Assembly (NCBI GenBank): GCA_973895155.1
Contig: OZ316898.1
Location: forward strand, 3,224,480-3,288,479
Direction: 5' to 3'
From: Marsupella aquatica
Lineage: Eukaryota > Plantae > Marchantiophyta
Length of the DNA: 64,000 nt
A model generated the notes under the pieces. It was not told where the DNA came from and searched no databases. It saw only the letters and a program-made list of their open reading frames with translations. Shown here piece by piece: positions 50,852 through 61,682 of the stretch; the stretch's first letter is position 1; every line of letters starts with the position of its first letter. The translations under genes and the position numbers were made by a program.

Positions 50852-52495
50852 TCATGACTTGCAACTGGTGTGGTCGCATTTAACAAATACTGAGTCACAA
50901 AGAACTTTGCGTTTAGCTAGGCTAGATGCTTTCATATGTAGCGGCTGAGCAGTTAATTTGAAATCTAGATCTCGCTCGAGTTTATCCATGCGGTCTGCAT
51001 GCAGATTGAGCAATGCCACCATGTTTCCCTTGCCATCTGGACTCGGCATCATAGAAATACCATCAATGAACTTTCTGGGAGGAGCGTTCCTGACGCTCAG
51101 TACCGGCTTGCCCCACCCGAAATTGATTTCATAAAGGGGGAAGAAGACCCAGAAAGTGGCGGCCACGTCGAAGCCAGTGGAATTGACATGCTCTGACTGA
51201 CAGCGTTTTGACGATGTGATTCCCGTCTCTTCGACCCAATCGATCAGAGAGCGAAAGTACTCGTTGTCGACAGCTCTCGTTGCATTGGAAATCAGACTAG
51301 CAGCATACGAGAGAGGCCTCCTCAAAAGCTCATCCGGCGTGCTTTCAGCGCACGCGCTGCACACAACGTTGCCAAAGTATCCCGGCGGGAGGCCTAACCT
51401 TTTCCTTCCGTCAACAAACATGAAAAACCTTGACCTGTCTCGACGTGCTTCTTCGTCCGTGGGTGATCTTGCCTTAGTTATCAGCTTCCAAAGTTCGGCG
51501 GAAACCGTCTCCGTTGATGTGAATGGCCGATTCTTGCTGCTACTGGTGCTGCAACCAACGTCTGTATTCCTATTTACGTTCTCCTTCAGCTGTTGAAGGG
51601 TGTCCTTCGTTAGAATGAACTGCTTCACCACTGGAGATGGCAGCACTACCGGAGGATCAGATTGTCTGACTGGAGCCTGACTTATCGGCTCGAACTTTCG
51701 TCGTGAGCGACCGTAGTTGCTGTAGTGGACCAGGGATGCATCAGGAGGCGATCTTGGCTTGAGAAGATCCCGGTCATGGGAAGGTAGAAGAGAGAGCGCC
51801 TGCCCTGTGGCGACTTCCGCCCAACACCTCATAAAATGGCAGCCGGAGAAGCCATCTGCGACCGTGTGGTGCCAATTCGTGGCCAAAGCAATTGAACCAC
51901 AGCTGAATTTTGTGACGTTGATAACAAGCACCGGAATTTCTGGGGTGACCTGATCGGGAATGTAGAGTAGACCGGGACCCATCTTGGCAACGTTGTCCAA
52001 AATGTCCATGCCCGAGAGCGCGGGCATAGGCTGAGGTCCTCCGAGCTGCGAAAGCTTGAGGTTCACCGACGACTCGAGGAAGATGGCACCGGCGTCATTG
52101 CACTGGAGATCCACAAGTGCGTCCTCTTTCAACGTTAGCCGCCCTGCCAGAGGATAGAAGTCGACCAGTACCTTGGCCAAGGAATCCTTCAGACCGGCTG
52201 TCACGTCTTGAAAGGTCCTGTCATGGCCGTTCTCGCTCAGGACATTTTCGTAGAAGAAGATGACACTAACGAAGGTGGGATTCACCACCCTGTCGAGATT
52301 CGTCAGTGGCAGCCATTTGGCATGGTCGGTTGTGGTCGCCGGGACAACAAGACTCTCGGATTTGGGTTTTACGATGAACTTGGAACGACGCGCTCGACCC
52401 TGAGAACATGGAGATCCTGATCCCGATCCTGATTCGTCATCAACAAGGCTCCGAATTCTCGATCTGCGTTGGGAACGTTGCTCTAGGAGCTCCAT
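50852..52495 (-). CDS. BAHD acyl-CoA acyltransferase (HCT/HHT-like), intronless, ~547 aa
   Basis: LKDSLAKVLVDFYPLAGRL, catalytic HXXXD (WHHTVADG), YFGNVV, and the DFGWG variant INFGWGKP. First ATG is at 52495. Confidence 0.93.
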   Translation of the reverse strand: MELLEQRSQRRSRIRSLVDDESGSGSGSPCSQGRARRSKFIVKPKSESLVVPATTTDHAKWLPLTNLDRVVNPTFVSVIFFYENVLSENGHDRTFQDVTAGLKDSLAKVLVDFYPLAGRLTLKEDALVDLQCNDAGAIFLESSVNLKLSQLGGPQPMPALSGMDILDNVAKMGPGLLYIPDQVTPEIPVLVINVTKFSCGSIALATNWHHTVADGFSGCHFMRCWAEVATGQALSLLPSHDRDLLKPRSPPDASLVHYSNYGRSRRKFEPISQAPVRQSDPPVVLPSPVVKQFILTKDTLQQLKENVNRNTDVGCSTSSSKNRPFTSTETVSAELWKLITKARSPTDEEARRDRSRFFMFVDGRKRLGLPPGYFGNVVCSACAESTPDELLRRPLSYAASLISNATRAVDNEYFRSLIDWVEETGITSSKRCQSEHVNSTGFDVAATFWVFFPLYEINFGWGKPVLSVRNAPPRKFIDGISMMPSPDGKGNMVALLNLHADRMDKLERDLDFKLTAQPLHMKASSLAKRKVLCDSVFVKCDHTSCKS

Positions 52496-52879
52496 TCGTG
52501 AAGACAGATTTGTGACCAATATCCTGGATCAATTATCAACAATCCCTCTCCCTCTCTACTATAAAACCTCACAGTTCTCCAGCAAAAAATGCATGCTTCT
52601 CACAACCTTAATCGATGCGGTTGCAACAGACTATGATCTGGACGTTATCAAGAGTGATTGAGCTGAGACATGCGTTGCTTTCAAAGAAGTGGCCTGAGTA
52701 AAACTAAGGTTCGTATCTGAGATCGAACTGATATAAACGACGCTGGTCCCCGCGCTGGTCCACGGTCAGTCCAAGAGAGTCAGATCTCAGTGAACTATAA
52801 CCCAGTCATCAGTGTAGCTTTCTATATTCGTCGTACATCCGAAAGCTAGAGTCCCCTCCAAAAGGTATATATGTTACAA

Positions 52880-53135
52880 TTTGATTAACCTCTTCTGACG
52901 ATTCATTGCTTGGAAGTTAGAAAGAAATTAGAAGTCAATCCGAATTTGAGAAACACGTATTAAGCTCTCCTGAAGATTCATTACCTGGAGTTTAGAAAGA
53001 AAATTTAATCCAGATTTCAGAAAACTAGAGTTTCTGCAAAGTCAATCCGAATTTGAGAACCACGTACATCATAACCTCTTCTGGAGATTCATTACCTGGA
53101 GTTTAGAAAGAAAAGGTAATCCAGATTTCAGAAAA
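52880..53135. repeat. Short imperfect tandem repeats upstream of the BAHD gene
   Basis: GATTCATT..TGGA..TTAGAAAGAAA occurs three times and GTCAATCCGAATTTGAGAA twice. Confidence 0.65.
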
Positions 53136-55899
53136 TTGTTTCTGCTAGTACTCTACAGTCATTTTTCACTTGAATGTCGCTCGATCACAGAGCGAGTACC
53201 CTCGTATTCATCGATTGCCTCTGGGCTCGATCGGTCTCCCCGTTGACAGTTTTGGAAGTTGGAATCGCTGCTGCGTTTGAACCGGAAATTGGGTGTCAAC
53301 TTTGGCGGTCCGCAATTACAGGATCTCAGAGCAGCAAAGCCAGTCAGATCAGAATTACACGACCAACGTAACTAGAAGGTCATGGCAAGTCCACTACGAC
53401 ACTGGTGGTACGAGACTCTAGAGCGGCCGCCGCAAAGAAACTTCGCTAAGACTTTGTAAGAAGTATTGTGGGGCATAGTAAAGTTGAGCTGCGAGTCAAT
53501 TATTATGAGACTGAGATTAGTTTCTTAAAGTGTGGAGCCAATTAAATCACAACTGTAAAGAGCATACGGGTAATCTGCAAAAAAAAAAATGACAAGTATT
53601 TCACAAAAAGTGCTACCCTTCCACTCTTCATGGTGAATAATGAGATATGGAATGAGGCTTTTATAGTGGAAGGTGTGGTTTAAGTAAAGGGCTACAAAGA
53701 CAGACACCAAGCCAAATAAGCTACTATCTGACCAGAAACAAGGTACCAGAACAAAGGTTCCCCAATGCACCAGTTATAGAAGGTCCCTATGGTTATTGAG
53801 TTTAGCTGCAGGCTGCTTTTGAGTAAACACTTTTAGGTACATTAGAGATCTTCCAGTTTACAATAATATCTACAAATATGCCATGTTTTTTGTATATGGT
53901 CTCCCGGTAAGTTGGTGAACTTGTCATCCATATGCAAAACCATGACACATTTGTAAACACAAGAAAATGTGGCAATACTGTCAATGGAAACATTGCAAAA
54001 CCATGAGACATTTGTAAAAAAACAAATCAATGTGGCAATTAATATCAATGGGAACATGTTTAGTCAATGAATGGCAAAGTATTTAGAAGCTGTTAATTTG
54101 ACTAATTAAATTGGAGCATCCTTAGTGGCAAAGTATGTTGTTTGAGTGAACTAACCCCGACTACTTGATCTCTGAACATGAATAGCGGAGTATGTTGTTT
54201 GAGTAAACTAGCCCCGACTACTCGTTCTTTGAACATGAATAGCGGAGAGGAAAATAAAAATGTTACCAAATATATTCTCTATTCATATTCTTTGAAGGTT
54301 AAGGAAATGATTATCATTTTAGTAGATATATAATATACCATTCTTATTTCTATGCACATCCTTCTTTCTATGCACATATGTTGTGGTGGGGCCATAGTGC
54401 CCATTTTTTGAATGTAAATACTTATAAATTATCACAAAAAACCATTTTTTAATGTAAATACTTATAAATTATCACAAAAAACTTGCATGTACCAGCTGAT
54501 ATACATCATAGTCATGAGTTTTTCCCATGCACATGATGGTCATGGAGCTAGGGTCTAGAGTCTTCACTCTAGACCTAGGCTCTTAAAAGTAGATTTCAAT
54601 TGGTGCTTTTATAATAAAATTGGAACTTAAAGTTGTTTTGAGTAAATTGGCACTTAATAGCAGTGTCATTGAGAAACAAACTAAAAAAAACAGTGTAAAT
54701 GTTAACTTAGCTATGATAGTAATTTTTCCTCATTGAGCCTAGTCTATATGTTGCTCCGTTTTGCTCTTATTGATGTAAATCTTAAACCTCCAGTGTGACT
54801 CAAAGGGTGGGAGGACATAATAACACCTTTTTGCCCAGTGTTTACCTTTCTTTCTTTTATGGACAGTGACACCTTTCGATCTGCGCTCATTGACACCCCT
54901 ATCGTGTTCAAAGATATTTCAATAGCAAAGTTTGCCTTCAATGTAACCCTTCCTATCAGCCAATTAGGTCTTCTTGGACTAATTGTTAGAAACTACTTGA
55001 AAATATTTGAATCCGAACAATCAAATATCTGAATCTATTAGCAACCCAAAGCCCCCACGAAATTCCCTGCGGGCAGAGGAAAAAAGGGTGAGGGTGAGGG
55101 TGAGGCATTCTAGGTTTAGTAGGCTACCTATGGGAAACTAGGGAATCAAAAACAACAAACCTGTCAATTGAAGCAACTGGCTTGGGTTAGCTTGGCAGGG
55201 GATTAGCCTGGAACCTAGTTAGCTAACCCCCCCCTCCCGCCCACCCCGCGCCCCCCCACCCCCCCTTGTGGGCTACCTACAGTATTGCATGTTTCAAAGC
55301 ACAGAACTGCTAGCCTTTGCCTGGGGTTGGAATGTTTTGGCCTATACTCTGTACGTTGGATGTGTCTGTTTCTGTCTTTCAGATGGGTCTGCCTTAGGCT
55401 TTAAAGGCAAAAAAACCAGTCAATTGGGGTGAAATTTGGTGAATTTTTGCACTTAAACTATAGGCTGCTGGTGATGCTCTTTGCACCAACACTGTATCAA
55501 GAGAATCACCAGCCTTATTACCATACTGCCATTGCCGTTGTACTAGATTTCCATTGTTTTGGTCAAATATCAGGATTTGTCATTACACCCTCACTCGCTG
55601 GTGTTCATTTCACTTTCAACAGTTTTTGACCATAAATTGTCTCCCTTTCCATGTACCAAATAATCTGTTATTGGGCTAGTTAGAAGTAGATTGGAAGGAC
55701 CTTTCTAACGAAGCTCATATTGCCACCTTTCATTTCAGAATTGAGAGAAATACAAATTTCACATGAGTTCGTCGTTTCCGAGTTTGAGGGCAAATAACCC
55801 CATAGACACAAAGGATAGTTGTGGAGACTCCAATGGCCATGATCAAACTATCTTGAGGACCGCGATCTGGTGGGAGTCTAAGATTTGTGTAGAGAAGCA

Positions 55900-56430
55900 A
55901 AGGAATGCAGACCGATCTAGAGATCCCTGAGTTTTCTTTCAAAGAAGAAAATTTGACGAGAGGCAGGATTACAGATATAGAAATCCCTGAGTCAATCGAA
56001 GGAGAAAATTTGACAAGAGTCAGGATTACAGATTTAGAGGTCCCTGAGTCATCTTGAATCAACGAAGAAAATTTGACTAAAGGCAGGATTACAGATCTAG
56101 AGATCCCTGAGTGATCTTGAATCAACGAAGAAAATTTGACTAGAGGCAGGATTACAGATCTAGAGATCCCTGAGTCATCGTGAATCAAAGAAGAAAATTT
56201 GACGTGAGGCAGGATTACTGATCTAGAGATCCCTGAGTCGTCTTGAATCAACGAAGAAATTTTGACGAGAGGCAGGATTGCAGATCTAGACATCCCTGAG
56301 TCTACTGGACTCAAAGAAGAAAATTTGACGAGACGCACGATTACAGCCTCAAGGGCCAAACTCAAACCGTGCCATTTGGATAGAGAAAGTAAGATCACTG
56401 AGTCTTTTGAATCAACGAAGAAAAATTGAT
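55900..56430. repeat. 63-bp minisatellite (~7 units) lying inside a 251-codon minus-strand ORF (55730-56485)
   Basis: Unit TCAACGAAGAAAATTTGACTAGAGGCAGGATTACAGATCTAGAGATCCCTGAGTCATCTTGAA; the minus frame reads LVKFSSLIQDDSGISRSVILP repeats. Confidence 0.85.
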
Positions 56431-57899
56431 CGACACGATGGCGGAGTTGCAGCTTGTTATGCCAGATTTCAACTGTCAGTGCCATTTGGATAGAGAAAAT
56501 TTATAGCAGGTGGCGAACTATAAGAAGAATGCGGATATTAAACGAACCCATGACGTTGAATCGACCATGTGGAACAAATCTGTAACGAGTCATAACTGAA
56601 TTTTCCTTATGATTTCCAAAACCTTCATGGGACGACTTTAAGCACAGCTACAGGAGGAGAGAAAGTCTGTGCCGGAGCAGAACGACCGTTGCGGCCGTGC
56701 CTACTCCACAATTAATAATCTGTGACGAACTTACTGCCCACCAATAAAAGAGCGTCAACGCAGCACCCAACCGAGTCCCAATCTCACGGCCCACTGTTGA
56801 TTGCAGTCACACGCGAACTCACGTCGCTCTGAAATCGAGTCATCCACCAACACTGACGTCGATCTCGCAGCCCAATGATCGCCAGTACTGCTCCATATGC
56901 GGCGAGGTTGGAGCCCCATGCTTACCCGAATTCCGCAGAATAGAATCCTGAAACAGAAAGAAAAGAGTTCCACTCACTGACATTGATCTCCCAACAGTGC
57001 GTCGAGCTCACTATTCAGCATACTCCATCCGGTGCCAATCGATGCATCACGCGGCCACGATCGAGACACAACAATGTTGCTCGAACGCGTCATCGAGTGG
57101 AATCCCATCCTGGACGAGAATGACCATTGCTGCAAGTACTCTCGTGGTCCTCCTACGTACGCTCCATTCTGTTCTTCACCATCGGTAACAGGTGCAGATG
57201 AGATGAGCCTAAGGGTTGATCGAACAAATGAGAGTTCGGAGTTTGGTGTTCGAAGGATGAATTTCTGGAATGATGAGGTGAGCTGATGGCCCAATGCGTG
57301 CTCTTGACGGCAGACGACAGGTAAAATACAGGCAGTGAGTCCGGGTTGAGCAGCTGTGAGTTTTCTCAGATTCAGGCAGCTGAACTTTCTCAGATTCAGC
57401 TTCACCTACGTGCTGGAGCAGTCACCGAGCATACTGCCCTGGCCCTGCACGTTATGGCTTCAGTGAGTTCGCTCTCGGCCTCTAGTCACCTATACCTGCT
57501 CGTAATCACCATGAATTTCGCAGCGCTCTGACTCCGAAGGATATCCACTTCAGAGGTAGCGCTTCGATCTCCACAAGGTCTGCTTTATGGCATTGTAAAC
57601 ATCAATTTTGATAAGGTCTGCTTCTGGCTCCGGATTGAAGGCTTTGAATGTGGCAAGCTGAGCACCGACACTACAAACTTGAAATCATCATCTGCTTCTG
57701 GATCCGGATTGAAGGGTTTGTCAGCTGCGAATTTGGCAAGCAGAGCATCCACAGCGCAGCATTTGAAAATCGCTGCCAAGGATTGCCTAAGTCACACAGG
57801 GACGGTGATAGAGGCTTTCTAACGCGCCTGTCATACGACATTTTAGCTTTTCTTAGGTATCCGTTGTTGTTTAGGGTGAGCGAGAAAATTGGGAGAGCA

Positions 57900-59306
57900 A
57901 TGAAGAACGGCATCATTGGCAAAAAAGTATCACCAATGCTCTTCGTCTGGACTTGCCTCTTAACGGCGGTGTTTATCATGCTCGTCTACCCCATTCTCGA
58001 CCCATTCGGCCGTGTGTACTTGATGAGGTTCAGTGATCTGTTGAAAGCTGGAGATATATGTAGTGGCAAGAAAATCTACATTTACGATCTGCCGCCGGAG
58101 TTCAATGTGGATCTTTTCAATCGGAGTAGATGCAATAATGGTCTAATATATTGGATGGATCTCTGCCCCCGTTTTGACAACGGTGGCTACGGACTGAAAT
58201 TGTGGGACGATTCAGAATCCCAGTGGATTGCTCAGGACGGTGGATTCGATCGATCGAGCTGGTACGACACCGATTCTTACATGCTGGAGGTCATTTTCCA
58301 CCGGCGCATGAAAGAATATCACTGTCTCACAGAAGACCCAGATGTGGCTGATGCGTTCTTTATCCCCTACTACACGGGACTCAAGGCACTGATCCATTTG
58401 TATCCCAACGAAACAGATGAAATTGATCACGCTGGCCAGGTGAGGAAGAGGCAGAATTTCGGCATGGAGCTGGTATATTGGTTACAGAGGAATGGGGGTG
58501 AGAAGTGGAGAAAATTTGGTGGTAGGGACCATTTCCTCATCTTGGGAAGGACGACTTGGGATTTCCAATTCCAAGAGGACTGGGGCACGGGCTTTTCAGA
58601 GTTGCCGCATGTCGACAAATTAACACGTCTCCTGATCGAGAGAGATCATGACTCTCCGACTGAGCAAGGAATTCCTTACCCGACTTCCTTTCACCCGTCG
58701 TCTCCTGAGAGGCTATCGAGCTGGATTGAAGGTGTCAAGACCGCCGAACGGAAGTTCCTCTTCTCCTATGTAGGTGCTCCTCGCCCTGATCTCTGGACTG
58801 TGAGAGGAGTTCTCGGCACTCAGTGCGCCGATGCCGGTGAGGAGGTTTGCAAGCTCGTCAACTGCAGCATTGTCAGGTGCAGTCACGACCCTGAGTCCAT
58901 ATACAAGGCGTTTTTGCAATCAGTTTTCTGCTTGCAGCCGAGAGGTGATAGCACTACGAGGCGCTCGACATTTGATTGTCTCATCTCTGGAGCGATACCC
59001 GTGTTTTTCCATCTCGATTCGGCGTATACTCAGTACTCATGGCATCTTCCTAGAGATCCCACGAGTTACTCCGTATTCATATCTGAGGAGGACCTCACCA
59101 GCAAAAGGATATCAATTCAGGACGTGTTGATGAGTTACTCTCCAGAACAAATCAGGGCAATGAGGAAAACAATCGTGTCGATTATTCCAAGTCTGATCTA
59201 CAACAACTACGCAAATGATCCTCTGAGCTCCAACAAGGATGCCTTCGAAGTGAGTATAGCGAGTGTTCTCCAGGAAATAGCCACTGTAAAGAAGAACTTC
59301 TCCTAA
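57900..59306 (+). CDS. Exostosin-family GT47 glycosyltransferase, xyloglucan galactosyltransferase MUR3/KATAMARI1-like clade, intronless, ~468 aa
   Basis: N-terminal TM anchor; CSGKKIYIYDLPPEFN; SWYDTDSYMLEVIFHRRM; AFFIPYYTGL; GGRDHFLILGRTTWDF; IPYPTSFHP; SVFCLQPRGDSTTRRSTFD; AYTQYSWHLP. Confidence 0.93.
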   Translation: MKNGIIGKKVSPMLFVWTCLLTAVFIMLVYPILDPFGRVYLMRFSDLLKAGDICSGKKIYIYDLPPEFNVDLFNRSRCNNGLIYWMDLCPRFDNGGYGLKLWDDSESQWIAQDGGFDRSSWYDTDSYMLEVIFHRRMKEYHCLTEDPDVADAFFIPYYTGLKALIHLYPNETDEIDHAGQVRKRQNFGMELVYWLQRNGGEKWRKFGGRDHFLILGRTTWDFQFQEDWGTGFSELPHVDKLTRLLIERDHDSPTEQGIPYPTSFHPSSPERLSSWIEGVKTAERKFLFSYVGAPRPDLWTVRGVLGTQCADAGEEVCKLVNCSIVRCSHDPESIYKAFLQSVFCLQPRGDSTTRRSTFDCLISGAIPVFFHLDSAYTQYSWHLPRDPTSYSVFISEEDLTSKRISIQDVLMSYSPEQIRAMRKTIVSIIPSLIYNNYANDPLSSNKDAFEVSIASVLQEIATVKKNFS

Positions 59307-60429
59307 GCCGCAACATTTTGATAGTATCGAGCTGTTTGAATGACAATCATGTGAACCTGCAGCTCGGTTGTAAATTTTGATTGTGAACTTATCATCGCGC
59401 TCCAATTTTGGAATCTCTATGAGTTCGATTCCCAAATGAAGAACTCCATCCAGACGTGAATAGCAAAACTTTAGTCTCTGTAGACCAGTACATCAACTGC
59501 CGCTCAGATTCCAGATCTAATATAGAGTAGGAGACTCGACCTGCGGAAAAACAGTGGCATAGTCAGAGAGCTTTCGAGCTTGGTGCTAGAATTATAGTGA
59601 GAAACTTGTCTTAGAAAGCAGCCTTCAACTACAGCAGAGTAGCACACTCTACCGAGGCCGAATAGGTTGCTAGCCAGACAGAATCTGTTAAGAAATATTA
59701 TGAGAAAGCAATTACATCTGAGGAAGACAAAATTAGGCATACCCACCTATCAGGAGCGCGTTCTCAATCCCCGAAAACAATGGCAGACAAACACACTTAC
59801 CTAGGTGATCATGCCTGCTCCAAAACGATGCAACCATAGAAATTACGAAACGCTTCTTACGTTGAGAGTTCAATATAGATTCTAGGTAACCTCTTTTCTC
59901 TGGCAAGCACGTACCAGCTTGATGTAAAATGTTTGTGCATATATCTGTGTACAGCTCAATCATTCCTTCCTAGCCCAGTTGCATGAGCTCAAGTCGGAGA
60001 CCTCAACGTACTCGTATTAGTCCCGCGCTTATTCTCCACTCATATGTGACGCATAATTTTTGCTAAGTACGTTTATTTATTCTCTATGATCCTCAGTGCT
60101 GGTTTCGTAATTTACATTTTGGCCAGGAGATGAGATTTGGTGACAATTACAAGCTCCAAACCAAAAGGGAGCCCCATAGTCGGCAGGTAAGGACTTTGCA
60201 ATCTAGAATGCCTAATAGTGTGAACTATCGGTAGACGGAGAGATGTCGACCCGGGATTAGGTCACAAGGTGTACCTCGATCATATGAAAGACATGAATTG
60301 GACGAATAACTTCTCATCATCAGAGGAGTTTCTAGCTGAGTGGAACTTGATTTTCTGTGTTAGACCAAGAAAACGGTAGACTTTCCGTTGTTCACTAAAA
60401 TTGTCCCAAACCAGTGTCGCGTAGGGGAT

Positions 60430-61015
60430 GAATTCGAGACGAACTTTCAGAAAGCGTGAAACCTCCGCTGGATTGGAATTGGAAACACCTATGCCTGAGT
60501 TAGGACACCTGTTACAGTTGGGCCGTTTCTCAATTGGAAGTTACTTTTCGCCCCTGGTCCTCTCCCTTGTTTCATTTACAATCTATCGTCGAGGATTTAT
60601 GGGTAGGACTCGAATGGGTAGGACTCGAATATGATCGATTCAATGTGACATTAGAGAGAGTTTCGAAGAGTCGGGACAGCTACGGGTGTTGTCTGCTCCT
60701 AATAACTATTTCCATGGCCCGATTCCTGAATCCTTCAGCAATTGTTCCAACCTGATTAGTTTGGATTTGAGCTAAGTTAAATCTCATGAGTGGAGAAATA
60801 CCCCGTGAGCTTGCTAACTTGACCAGTCTACGATATCTTCAGCTTGGAAGCAATTACTTTAATGAAAGTATTCCACTTCAGCTCCTGGGAACTTTTACTT
60901 GATGCAAATTCTTGATTTCAGTGACGATGCAAATTCTTGATTTCAGTGATAATGCGTCGGGTGGTGCCATCCCCGCGGAGATGGTCAATTTGTCAGTCGG
61001 CAACAGTTACATATG
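60430..61015 (+). pseudogene. Decayed plant extracellular LRR (RLK/RLP-type) gene fragment
   Basis: Across frames: PELGHLLQL; NNYFHGPIPESFSNCSNLISLDLS*; NLMSGEIPRELANLTSLRYLQLGSNYFNESIP; GAIPAEMVNL. Multiple stops and frameshifts, plus a small duplication near 60901-60950. Confidence 0.8.
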
Positions 61016-61589
61016 ATTGTTCGCAAATGCATCCATCGAGGCGCTTCCGGATCCAGGTTATCCAAGATCTTGAGGTTCAACGCCACATGTCCCCAGGTGA
61101 GTGTGCTCTCGCATGTACCTACTAGTCTTTGAAGTAATTCTACAGTACTCAAACCACAAACGGTGCCAGGTGTTCTCCTGAATGAGCGCAATTCAAGTAT
61201 ATTTGGAGGTAGGAAGCCAGGGTTGCTTGACCTGTGGCTTCCAATGCAATCAAGACTGGTGAGATGCTCCACTACACAAATCATGGAAGATTGCTAAGCT
61301 TGGAAAGGAGGTTGGAGGAAACTTTAGAAGCAAACTCGAAAGGCAATTTGTCCCAATGAAATTCATTTCTGCCAACCCTGGACGGTGATACTTAACCATC
61401 GTGATTTAATTGGAGATACTTAACCATCGTGGCAGGTTAGTTACGTATCAATGAAGGCTTAGGTATCCGTATCGTTTATCCGCATCGTTATATCTCAGAC
61501 GGTATCTCCAATTAAATCACTCTTCATCGGCCAACATGAATGAACAAACGAGAAGGTACGGCTAAACCTAAACTGCGGGCTCAAGCATA

Positions 61590-61682
61590 CAGCACTGGTT
61601 CCTCGAGACAGTCCGGGCCATCAGTACTCCAAGGGCAAAGCACTGGTTCCTCGAGACAGTCCGGGCCATCAGTACTCCAAGG
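61590..61682. repeat. ~48-bp direct tandem duplication
   Basis: AGCACTGGTTCCTCGAGACAGTCCGGGCCATCAGTACTCCAAGG occurs twice. Confidence 0.85.

Noticed and set aside
56755-57480. Possible decayed F-box gene on the minus strand (CRARAVCS-like stretch)
   Set aside because: A single weak motif with interrupted frames; cannot be supported.
57648-57899. N-terminal 84 codons of the 552-aa GT47 ORF
   Set aside because: The typical type-II membrane topology begins at the ATG at 57900; the upstream in-frame stretch is probably 5' UTR.
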